A stretch of DNA of 35,983 bases from Candidatus Eiseniibacteriota bacterium (GCA_016928935.1 JAFGJU010000066.1:1-35983); one strand, 5' to 3'. Counted from the first letter of the stretch, positions 26,855 to 34,567 are shown. Program-made: numbers and translations. The notes: generated from the letters alone by a model not told the origin.

Positions 26855-27910
26855 CTATCGCCGCCACAACCTCTCGCGCACCAGTTCAGCCCGCATAACG
26901 TTTCTCTCGGCCGCTGTCAGGTCCCTTCCGGCCCTCTTCTGCATGTGTGCCGGCTGCGAAAGCACGAGCAGCTCGTTCAAAGCCCCTATGGCGCAGAGCC
27001 CCGAAAGTCCCAGGGACACCCCGAACCTGACCAGGGACACCAAAGAAACCAGCTCCCGGGACGGCAGTATCTTGCAGTACCTGAGGGCCCCGAAGGCTCT
27101 CCAGACCTTGTCCTCTATCTGCACCTTGGCGTCCCTGAGCGCCGCCTCCATGGCCTTCGACTCGTACTCCATCACCTGGTTGACGACGCGCTCCAGGCTC
27201 ATGGCCGCCTCGTTCTCGCTCAAGCCCAGCGTGGTCTGGTTCGAGACCTGGAAGAAATTTCCGATTATCTCCGTGCCCTCGCCGTAGAACCCGCGCACCC
27301 CGAGCCCCACCTGAGTTATGCCCTGCAACACCTTCCCTATCTGCTTGGTGAGCACCAGCGCCGGGAAGTGCATCAACACCGAGGCGCGGAGCCCGGTGCC
27401 CACGTTCGTCGGGCACGAGGTCAGGTAACCCAGCTCGTCGGAGAAGGCATACTCCAACGAGGCGTCCAGCTCGTCGTCCACCTTGTCGGCCAGCTTCACG
27501 GCCTTACCCAGCTGGCGCCCAGAGCAGAGGACCTGCAATCGCAGGTGGTCCTCCTCGTTGACCATTATGCTGACGCTCTCGTCGGTTCCGATGATGAGGG
27601 CGCCGACCTTCGAGTTCTCCGCAAAATCGTGGCTGATGAGGTGCCTCTCGACCAGGAACTGCTTGTCCTGCTGCGTCATCTCTGCGGAGCGCAGCACCGC
27701 CATCTCCGCGAAGGCACTGCTCTTCTTGGCTGCGGCCACCACGGACGGCAGCATCTGGGCCAGCTGCTCCGCCTTTGCCCTGGTCGGGAACGGGACGCTT
27801 TGCAGATTGCGCGCAAGGCGAACGCGCGTGCTCAGCACAATGTCAGAGTGCGGGCCGCTGCCGTCGAGCCAGCTACCGGGCTGTTTCGCCATTTCGGCCA
27901 GAGATGTCAC
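26855..27910 (-). CDS. mcsB: protein arginine kinase
   Basis: Phosphagen-kinase-like core: VLSTRVRLARNLQSVPFP, HLISHDF, VNEEDHLRLQV, LTSCPTNVGTGLRASVLMHFPALV. The likely start is the GTG at 27910, 5 nt after GAGGAGG, which overlaps the mcsA stop. The track start at 27961 is a TTG. Confidence 0.9.
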   Translation of the reverse strand: MTSLAEMAKQPGSWLDGSGPHSDIVLSTRVRLARNLQSVPFPTRAKAEQLAQMLPSVVAAAKKSSAFAEMAVLRSAEMTQQDKQFLVERHLISHDFAENSKVGALIIGTDESVSIMVNEEDHLRLQVLCSGRQLGKAVKLADKVDDELDASLEYAFSDELGYLTSCPTNVGTGLRASVLMHFPALVLTKQIGKVLQGITQVGLGVRGFYGEGTEIIGNFFQVSNQTTLGLSENEAAMSLERVVNQVMEYESKAMEAALRDAKVQIEDKVWRAFGALRYCKILPSRELVSLVSLVRFGVSLGLSGLCAIGALNELLVLSQPAHMQKRAGRDLTAAERNVMRAELVRERLWRR

Positions 27911-27920
27911 TGATGCCTCC

Positions 27921-28457
27921 TCATTCGGCCTTCGGCGTACCCCTACGCTTCTTGCCGGCAAGGGCCGCCTCCATCTTCCTTATCTTGTCTCTCAGCTCCG
28001 CGGCCATCTCGAATTCCTCGTGCTGGATCGCCCTGTCCAGCTCCTCCTGGAGCTTCTGGATCTCCCTTCGGCGCGCGTACTTCGCGCCGTCCTTGCTCGG
28101 GCTCTTCCCCGAGTGCCGCGTGCTGCCGTGCACGCGTCTAAGCACGGGGCGCAGTTGCGCCCGGAATGCCTCGTAGCACGCCGCGCAGCCCACCCGTGCC
28201 GTCTCCTTGAAGGTCGAGTACTTCATCCCGCACACCGGGCACTGTATACCCCCGACCTTGTCCTCCTCGGTCGCGCTCATGCTGTCCATCATCCAGACCA
28301 GAGGCCCGGAGATGGACACCTTGGACTGACCCAGGACACCGTGAAGCCCCCTTTCCTCCGCGCACTTCTCGCAGACGTGAAGCTCCGTTATCTTGTCGTT
28401 CACGATCTCTGTGTAGTGCACGGTCGCGGGGGCCTTGCCGCATATCTGGCACTGCAT
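27921..28457 (-). CDS. mcsA: McsA-like activator of protein arginine kinase (zinc fingers plus UVR motif)
   Basis: ATG at 28457 preceded by GGAGGTGG. MQCQICGKAPATVHYTEIVNDKITELHVCEKCAEERG and CPVCGMKYSTFKETARVGCAACYEAF form Cys4 fingers. C-terminal UVR motif LQEELDRAIQHEEFEMAAELRDKIRKME. Confidence 0.85.
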   Translation of the reverse strand: MQCQICGKAPATVHYTEIVNDKITELHVCEKCAEERGLHGVLGQSKVSISGPLVWMMDSMSATEEDKVGGIQCPVCGMKYSTFKETARVGCAACYEAFRAQLRPVLRRVHGSTRHSGKSPSKDGAKYARRREIQKLQEELDRAIQHEEFEMAAELRDKIRKMEAALAGKKRRGTPKAE

Positions 28458-28486
28458 TTTCCACCTCCACATCCCGGAGCGATTGC

Positions 28487-28505
28487 GGCGCTCGCGGCGA
28501 GCGCC
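28487..28505 (-). promoter_or_regulatory. perfect 8-bp GC hairpin in the lolD-mcsA spacer
   Basis: ggcgctcg-cgg-cgagcgcc, centred in the 67-nt spacer between the lolD stop (28525) and the mcsA ATG (28457). No U-tract. Confidence 0.3.
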
Positions 28506-28524
28506 GGCCCCGCGTCGTGGCGCA

Positions 28525-29223
28525 TCAGCCTCGCGCCTCCGCGCGAACCACGTGCGCCTTTCCGTCCTCCAGTTGTACCACTCTGTCGGAGGACCTGGCA
28601 AGTTTCTCGTTGTGAGTCACGATTACGAAGGTCTGCTTGTGAGCCTCCCGCAGCTCCTGTATCAGCGTGTGAAGCTCCTCGCCGCTCTCCTTGTCCAGGT
28701 TCCCAGACGGCTCGTCGGCCAGGACGATGCGAGGGTTGTTCATCAACGCCCTGGCCACGGCCACGCGCTGCTGCTCGCCGCCGGACAGCTCCCCCGGCTT
28801 GTGTTCTTCGCGCTCCAGCAGGCGCACTTCCTTCAGCAGCTTCCGCGCCCGCTCCCGAGAGGACTCCACCGAATCGCCGGCGATGAGCCCGGGCATCATC
28901 ACGTTCTCCACCGCAGTGAACTCGGGCAACAGGTGATGAAACTGGAACACGAAGCCCACGGTCCTATTCCTGAACCTGGCCAGGCCGTCGTCGTTCATGC
29001 GGAACACCTCCTGCGAGTCCAGCCTGACGCTACCGCTGTCGGGCCTGTCCAGGGCGCCCAGGATATGCAGAAGCGTGCTCTTGCCCACGCCCGAGGCGCC
29101 GACTATGGCCATTATCTCGCCCTCAATCACCTCCAGGTCCACTCCCCTCAGCACGTTCAGGACGTGCCCGCCCATTCTGAAGCTCTTGTGTACGCCGGTC
29201 GCGCTAAGGATTGTCCCGCTCAT
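28525..29223 (-). CDS. lolD: lipoprotein-releasing ABC transporter ATP-binding protein
   Basis: 232 aa. Walker A GASGVGKSTLLHILGALD, signature LSGGEQQRVAVARAL, Walker B IVLADEPSGNLD. Adjacent to a LolC/E permease. Confidence 0.85.
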   Translation of the reverse strand: MSGTILSATGVHKSFRMGGHVLNVLRGVDLEVIEGEIMAIVGASGVGKSTLLHILGALDRPDSGSVRLDSQEVFRMNDDGLARFRNRTVGFVFQFHHLLPEFTAVENVMMPGLIAGDSVESSRERARKLLKEVRLLEREEHKPGELSGGEQQRVAVARALMNNPRIVLADEPSGNLDKESGEELHTLIQELREAHKQTFVIVTHNEKLARSSDRVVQLEDGKAHVVRAEARG

Positions 29224-29321
29224 ACCTTTGCCCCGGAGGCTCCGTCCCGCCCGGCCTCCAACCGGTTTTCCGCGTGCCTACCGGACCCGCTCCGGGCTCG
29301 CCCAGTCGGACCGGACGGCCG

Positions 29322-30554
29322 CTACTCGTACCGAATCGCATCGACAGGAACCAGCTTGGAAGCTTTCCACGAGGGGTAAATGGTTGCGGCAAAACAGACT
29401 GCGACGGCAGCAAGCGCAACCATCACGAAATCTCCGGCTTCCATTTTCACGGGCAGCCTATCTATAAAGTATACATCACCCGGAAGGGTGATGAATTTGT
29501 ATTTTTGGAGCAGGAAGCATCCCACGAACCCGATCAACGAGCCCAAGACGGTGCCCACTATTCCGACTGCCACCCCCTCCGCCATGAAGATGCGCATCAC
29601 GCTTCCCGAGGTGGCGCCCATGGACTTCATTATGCCCACGTCCCGGCGCTTTTCCATCACGACCATTATGAGCGTGCTGATTATGTTGAACGCCGCCACG
29701 GCGACTATGAGCATCAGTATGACGAACATCAGGACCTTCTCGGTCCTTATCCACTTGAACAGGTTTCTGTTCATCTCTATCCAGTTGGACGCGGCGAAAG
29801 GGTAACCGCCGAGGGCCGTCACTATCCTTCGCCCCACTTCCGGGGCCTCGTACATGTCCTCGACTCTGACTTCTATTCCCGTGACGTGCCCGACCCTGCC
29901 CACGAACTCCTCCGCTGCCTCGAGGGACACGTATCCCAGGCTCGAGTCGTAGTCGTACATACCGGACGTGAAGATGCCCACGACCACGAACTTCCTCACG
30001 TGTGGGATGATGCCGAAGATGGTGGCCTGGCCGCTCAACGGCGACGTGAGCATGACCTCGTCGCCCACGTTCACGCCCAGGGCCTCCGCCAGGTACTTGC
30101 CCAACACCATCCCGCGGAGGCCGCCGCCCGGGTCTATCGTCTGGACCTGCGGCTTCGTGTTCCGGTAGACCTCCGTCACCAGCTTCTCGCGCTCCAGGTC
30201 GATGCCCTTGAGGGCTATTCCGTCCGTGATGCCGCCGGCGGTCACCATGCACTTGGAGTAGATGAAAGGAGCGGCCGCCACGACGCCCGGTACCGACTGT
30301 ATGCGGGTGAGCAGCGAGTCGTCGAACGGAATGCCCGACTCGGAGTGGCCCAGCACGATCACGTGCGCGGTGGTGCCCACTATCCGCTTCCTTACCTCCT
30401 CTTCGGCGCCGTTCATGACCGACAGCACTATCGTGAGCGCGGCCACGCCGACCAGCACACCGCCTACGGATATGCCGCTTATGATGGAGATGAAGCTCAC
30501 GCGGCGTTTTGCCCTCAGGTACCGCCGCGCTATGAAGAGCTCGAACTTCATCAT
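29322..30554 (-). CDS. lipoprotein-releasing ABC transporter permease, LolC/LolE family
   Basis: MMKFELFIARRYLRAKRRVSFISIISGISVGGVLVGVAALTIVLSVMNG, a large periplasmic loop, and a C-terminal FtsX-type 3-TM domain. The ATG at 30554 is preceded by GGGGGAG. Only one permease gene is present. Confidence 0.85.
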   Translation of the reverse strand: MMKFELFIARRYLRAKRRVSFISIISGISVGGVLVGVAALTIVLSVMNGAEEEVRKRIVGTTAHVIVLGHSESGIPFDDSLLTRIQSVPGVVAAAPFIYSKCMVTAGGITDGIALKGIDLEREKLVTEVYRNTKPQVQTIDPGGGLRGMVLGKYLAEALGVNVGDEVMLTSPLSGQATIFGIIPHVRKFVVVGIFTSGMYDYDSSLGYVSLEAAEEFVGRVGHVTGIEVRVEDMYEAPEVGRRIVTALGGYPFAASNWIEMNRNLFKWIRTEKVLMFVILMLIVAVAAFNIISTLIMVVMEKRRDVGIMKSMGATSGSVMRIFMAEGVAVGIVGTVLGSLIGFVGCFLLQKYKFITLPGDVYFIDRLPVKMEAGDFVMVALAAVAVCFAATIYPSWKASKLVPVDAIRYE

Positions 30555-30632
30555 GCTGTGCGCTCCCCCGCTCCGGGCCCGCCGTCTCCCCACTCCCGAC
30601 GTCCTGCGCCGAACAAAGACACCGGGCTTTCC

Positions 30633-30662
30633 GCAGCCGCAGTCAGCGCAGCCGCAGTCAGC
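30633..30662. repeat. perfect 15-nt tandem duplication in the lysS-lolC/E spacer
   Basis: gcagccgcagtcagc occurs twice back to back (30633-30647 and 30648-30662). Confidence 0.8.
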
Positions 30663-30676
30663 GCCGACCCCCCGCG

Positions 30677-32389
30677 TCAGGCTCCGGCGTCCGGCGTGCT
30701 CCCGCCCTCGTCTTCGCGCTCGTCCTCTTCCCGGAGCGCCTCGGCCCTCAGCTGCGGGAAAAGCACGACGTCCCTTATTGTGCGGGCGTCAGTCAATATC
30801 ATCACGATTCTGTCTATCCCCAATCCCAACCCCCCTGCAGGCGCCATCCCGTACTCCAGCGCTCTCAGATAGTCAGTGTCCTTCGGCTGGACCTCGAGAG
30901 CCCCGTCCGCCCTGGCCTGCGCCTGGAGGTCGAACTGGCGCGCCTGTTCCAGAGGGTCGTTCTGCTCCGAGAAGGCGTTCCCCACCTCCAGCCCCGCTAC
31001 GATCGGCTCGAACCTCTCCACGATCCCGGGCGAACCTCCCTTGTCCTTTGCCAGCGGCGAGACTTCCTTCGGATAGTCATACACAAAAGTCGGCTGGATG
31101 AGGTTCGGCTGCGCCTTCTCCGAGAAGAGCTCGTCCAGCAGTCTCCCCCGCACCATTGTTCGGCCCCAACCTGCGCCGCCGGGACCCCCGCCCCCCACCG
31201 GACCCCCCGCCCCGCCTCCTCCGTCCTGCGCGACGCCGCGCGCTTCTGCCCTCTGACCTCCACGCTCTCCGCCCTGCACCGCGCCCGCGCGACCCGTCTC
31301 GGCTCCGGGCTTCTTACCCGTCGCGATCGCCTCCACATCCATGCCCAGCTTCACACAGAGCGCGCGAACCTCCTCGTCGGAGGAACCGGTGAGGTCGGCG
31401 CCCACGGCCTCCTTCAAAGCGCCGAAGTAGCTCACTCGCTTCCACGGCCGCGCAAAATCCAGCTCGTGCTCGCCGTACTTGCACTTCGTGCCGCCGTGCA
31501 CCTCCGTCACGACCTCGACCAGCATCTCTTCCACAAGGTCCATAATGTCCTGGTAATCCGCGTAGGCCTGGTAGACTTCCAACTGCGTGAACTCAGGGTT
31601 GTGCGTCCTGTCTATGCCCTCGTTCCTGAAGTCCTTGCCTATCTCGTAAACGCGGTCGAGACCACCCACCAGGAGTCGCTTCAAGTACAGCTCGTCCGCA
31701 ATCCTCAGGTAGAGCTGCATGTCCAGTGCCTCGTGCCTCGTGACGAACGGCCGCGCGAACGCTCCGCCGTAAAGCGGCTGCAGTATCGGCGTCTCAACCT
31801 CGATGAACCCGCGCGAGTCGAGGAATCTCCTTATCGTACTCACAATCCTGGAACGCAGGACGAACTGGCGGCGCACCTCGGTGTTCACAATGAGGTCTAC
31901 GTAACGCTGCCTGTAGCGGGTCTCGACGTCCTTCAAGCCGTGCCATTTCTCGGGCAGCGGCCGCAGCGACTTGCTGAGGAGTGTCACCGACTCGGCCTTG
32001 ACCGTGACCTCTCCCGTGCGCGTGCGGAACACCGGCCCGGTCACGCCGATTATGTCACCCACGTCCAAGAGGCCGAAGAGCTCGTAGCCCTCCGGGCCCA
32101 ACACGTCTTCCCTGAAGTAGGCTTGGAGCTTCCCGCTCCTGTCGAGGATGTGCCCGAAGCTGGCCTTGCCGTGGCCTCGCTTAGACAACAACCGACCCGC
32201 TACGGCTACCGCGGCCTGGTCCTTCTCCAGCGACTCGAAGGCCTCGAGCACCGCCGCGGCCGTGTGCGTCACACTGAACTTGGTCGGGTAGGGCTCCACA
32301 CCCTTCTGCTTGATAAGCTCGAGCCGCGCCACGCGCTCAGAGATGATCCTGTGCGACACTTCAAGCCCCCTCGGTGGTGAGGCGTGCAT
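30677..32389 (-). CDS. lysS: lysine--tRNA ligase (class II) with a Gly-rich internal insertion
   Basis: OB-fold N-domain (AVAGRLLSKRGHGKASFGHILDRSGKLQAYF) and class II motifs (FRNEGIDRTHNPEFTQLEVYQAY and GGLGLGIDRIVMILTDARTIRDVVLFPQLR). An alternative start is the GTG at 32359, 6 nt after GAGGGGG. Confidence 0.92.
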   Translation of the reverse strand: MHASPPRGLEVSHRIISERVARLELIKQKGVEPYPTKFSVTHTAAAVLEAFESLEKDQAAVAVAGRLLSKRGHGKASFGHILDRSGKLQAYFREDVLGPEGYELFGLLDVGDIIGVTGPVFRTRTGEVTVKAESVTLLSKSLRPLPEKWHGLKDVETRYRQRYVDLIVNTEVRRQFVLRSRIVSTIRRFLDSRGFIEVETPILQPLYGGAFARPFVTRHEALDMQLYLRIADELYLKRLLVGGLDRVYEIGKDFRNEGIDRTHNPEFTQLEVYQAYADYQDIMDLVEEMLVEVVTEVHGGTKCKYGEHELDFARPWKRVSYFGALKEAVGADLTGSSDEEVRALCVKLGMDVEAIATGKKPGAETGRAGAVQGGERGGQRAEARGVAQDGGGGAGGPVGGGGPGGAGWGRTMVRGRLLDELFSEKAQPNLIQPTFVYDYPKEVSPLAKDKGGSPGIVERFEPIVAGLEVGNAFSEQNDPLEQARQFDLQAQARADGALEVQPKDTDYLRALEYGMAPAGGLGLGIDRIVMILTDARTIRDVVLFPQLRAEALREEDEREDEGGSTPDAGA

Positions 32390-32548
32390 TCAGGGCTGGG
32401 CATACGGTATCCGCGCAGCAGGCGCCCCTAAGCGCCGGCCTCACGGCCGCGGCACGCCAGATGCGCTCTGCGCGTCCGCCTCGCCACCCTGGCGGCACGT
32501 CCTCTCGGCGCCGGCCCCGAATCCTGTAACTTCATGAACTTCCGAGAG

Positions 32549-32576
32549 ATAATATCACCGGACCCCGGCCTGTCAA
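32549..32576 (-). promoter_or_regulatory. strong sigma70-like promoter candidate reading toward lysS
   Basis: On the minus strand: TTGACA (32571-32576), 16-nt spacer, TATTAT (32549-32554). It implies a GC-rich leader of about 150-180 nt before lysS. Confidence 0.5.
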
Positions 32577-32817
32577 GCCAAAAGCCCGCCCGCCTTGCTG
32601 CGGCCGGGCCTAGCCCCCGTGCCGGTTCGACTGGGGCCTCCAGCATAGCGTCGAGGGCCGCGCCAACGTCTGCGCGAGACCCCTGCAGACGCAACAAACC
32701 CGGACGCGAGGCGTATCACGATATGCAGGATGCCCGTTGGCCGTGCATCAAGACCCCTGCATCGGAAGCCAAATGCAGTCAACGCCACTTTCGACACCTC
32801 CAGGAGGACTGGTCTCA

Positions 32818-34314
32818 ATGAGGACGGATTCTTTCGCTCGACACCGTGGACGGCGTCAAGCACTCTTGGTCTGTCTCGTCGTTACCGCCATCTCGTTAGT
32901 CGGCCCGGCCGGTCTCGTTGCACAGAATGACGACGTTGAGACCCGCATCAGGCGCGTCGAGAACGGCCTGTTGCCGGCGGTGGCCCTGGAAGGCGCTCCC
33001 GCCGCCTCCTTCAACATCCTTGAAAGGATCAAGCTGTACCACGTTCCTGGCCTCAGCGTCGCCGTCATCAATGACGGCAAGGTGCAGTGGGCTAGGGGCT
33101 ATGGGGTCCTCGAGTCTGGGGGCGAGAAGGTAGTCGATACTCAAACGCTTTTCCAGGCGGCATCCGTTACGAAACCCCTTGTCGCGACGCTTGCCCTGAA
33201 GTCAGTGGAAATGGGCTTGCTGGACCTCGACGCGCCCGTGAACGACTACCTCAGAAGCTGGAAGATCCCGGAGAACGAGTTCACGAAAGAAACCCCTCCG
33301 ACGCTGCGTCACATCCTCGCACACAGGGCCGGACTCACCGTCCACGGCTTCCGCGGATACACGGAGGGCCAGGAGATACCGACCGTCTACCAGATCCTCG
33401 ACGGTTTAAAGCCGGCAAACAATGAAGCGGTGCGAGTTGACGCCACGCCCGGCACGCAGTTTCGCTATTCCGGCGGTGGGTATGTTGTCCTCCAGGTCTT
33501 GCTGACCGAGCTGCACGGGCGGCCCCTTCGTGAGCTGATGCGGCAGTACGTCTTCGAGCCAGCCGGCATGGACAACAGCGCCATCGCGTACCCGCTCGAC
33601 ACCGAACTCCGCCTCAATGCCGCGTCGGGCCATAGCGCCAGCGGTCAGGTCATCAAAGGGAAGTACCGCGTCCATCCCGAGATTGGAGCCGGAGGCCTTT
33701 GGACCACGCCCAGAGACCTGTGTCGCTGGGCCATTGCCATCCAGAAATCGTACGCGGGTGCTGAAGGGACTCTGCTGAGTCAGACGACCGCCAGGGAGAT
33801 GCTCAACCCCGTTGACGGAAGCGGCCTGGGGCCAGTGGTGAAGGTGGCGCCGGAGGGAGTCGTCTTCTCTCACGACGGCAGCAACGTCGGCTACTCTTGC
33901 CAGCTCATCGCTTACGCCGACCGCGGCCAGGGCATCGCGGTCATGGTCAACAGCGACCACAGCACGATCATAGGCGAGCTGGTGCGCGCCGTGGCACAAG
34001 AGTACGGGTGGCCTCATTTTCGAACTGAGGTCAGGAAGCCGGCCGCATTATCAGAGGGGATGCTGGCCCGTTTCGCGGGCAAGTACAGCCTGGGGGGCAT
34101 GGAAGTCGAAATCAGAATGGACGAGGGGAGGCTGATAGCCCTCATGCCTGGCCGCGGCCCGCTACGTCTGTACGCGACGAGCGAGACGGAGGTCTTCAAC
34201 GTCGAAGACAACATCGTCGTCAACTTTGCCTTTGACGATGCCGGACGATTCCTCAAAGCAGGCGTAAGCAAGGACGGCCAACAGCTCGGGGAACTGGAGC
34301 GCGTGGGTCAATAA
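32818..34314 (+). CDS. secreted serine hydrolase, beta-lactamase/transpeptidase-like (class C / EstB-type) with an extra C-terminal domain
   Basis: The ATG at 32818 lies 12 nt after AGGAGG; the track start at 32737 is a TTG. Signal-like MRTDSFARHRGRRQALLVCLVVTAISLVGPAGLVAQ. Catalytic S-x-x-K in FQAASVTKPLVA, with downstream YSGGGY and HDGSNVGY. Confidence 0.85.
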   Translation: MRTDSFARHRGRRQALLVCLVVTAISLVGPAGLVAQNDDVETRIRRVENGLLPAVALEGAPAASFNILERIKLYHVPGLSVAVINDGKVQWARGYGVLESGGEKVVDTQTLFQAASVTKPLVATLALKSVEMGLLDLDAPVNDYLRSWKIPENEFTKETPPTLRHILAHRAGLTVHGFRGYTEGQEIPTVYQILDGLKPANNEAVRVDATPGTQFRYSGGGYVVLQVLLTELHGRPLRELMRQYVFEPAGMDNSAIAYPLDTELRLNAASGHSASGQVIKGKYRVHPEIGAGGLWTTPRDLCRWAIAIQKSYAGAEGTLLSQTTAREMLNPVDGSGLGPVVKVAPEGVVFSHDGSNVGYSCQLIAYADRGQGIAVMVNSDHSTIIGELVRAVAQEYGWPHFRTEVRKPAALSEGMLARFAGKYSLGGMEVEIRMDEGRLIALMPGRGPLRLYATSETEVFNVEDNIVVNFAFDDAGRFLKAGVSKDGQQLGELERVGQ

Positions 34315-34450
34315 CGAGTCCACAGACGCGCCTCAGGCAAGGAGTTTGACTTTGGTCACCACGTCAGCTAACGCGCCAAAAGACAATTCATTCTGACAGT
34401 GCCCAGACCACCAGCCTCTCTCCGCGCGCCTGCGTCGTAACCTCCTCCGT

Positions 34451-34476
34451 GTCGGTTCGACTCCGACCTCCGGCAA
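34451..34476 (+). other. tRNA 3'-half-like fragment (T-arm plus acceptor-like strand), not an intact tRNA
   Basis: GTCGG-TTCGACT-CCGAC is a perfect canonical T-arm with a TTCGA loop, followed by CTCCGGC-A. No complementary 5' acceptor strand, D-arm or anticodon arm could be folded from the upstream 90 nt. Confidence 0.3.
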
Positions 34477-34567
34477 ATCGCCACCGGAGTCAGAATACTC
34501 ACAGCTTCGCAGCACTTAAACCACAATCCTGTCCTTGCTGGGCACATCGATATCTGCCCCGTTGAGT

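Noticed and set aside
28458-28524. I looked for a CtsR operator (tandem GGTCAAA heptads) or a ctsR gene upstream of mcsA.
   Set aside because: The 67-nt spacer contains only a GC hairpin and the Shine-Dalgarno sequence, with no GGTCAAA-like repeats. The upstream gene is clearly lolD.
30618-30640. GCGGAAAGCCCGG (minus strand) resembles the RNase P RNA GAGGAAAGUCCGGGC box.
   Set aside because: The match is imperfect and the spacer (about 120 nt) is far too short for an RNase P RNA. No other conserved RNase P regions are present.
32440-32500. T-box-like AGGGTGG sequence in the lysS leader (minus strand, CCAGGGTGGCGAGGCGG).
   Set aside because: Only the GGGTGG core matches. The following bases diverge from the T-box consensus (GGGTGGTACCGCG) and the UGGC would pair with a G discriminator rather than the A of tRNA-Lys. 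No Stem I, specifier or K-turn elements are visible, and the leader is short for a T-box.
32428-32697. 89-aa minus-strand ORF upstream of lysS.
   Set aside because: It spans the predicted -35/-10 promoter and leader, is Arg/Ala/Gly-rich with no motifs, and has no Shine-Dalgarno sequence.
32390-32736. The roughly 350-nt non-coding gap has tmRNA-like size and contains GGTTCGACT, so I considered tmRNA, tRNA, SRP RNA or RNase P RNA.
   Set aside because: The GGTTCGACT is flanked by gccgg/ggggc, which do not pair as a T-stem. There is no GGGG... 5' end with a G:U acceptor stem or ...CCA 3' end, no tag-ORF context and no SRP GGAA-loop or RNase P GAGGAAAGUCC motif. The region is better explained by the lysS promoter plus leader and the hydrolase upstream region.
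34333-34515. 60-aa minus-strand ORF between the hydrolase and the RCC1-like gene.
   Set aside because: Its VGVEPT segment is simply the reverse translation of the T-arm-like hairpin. The rest is an Arg-rich run with no start context, so it is most likely non-coding.
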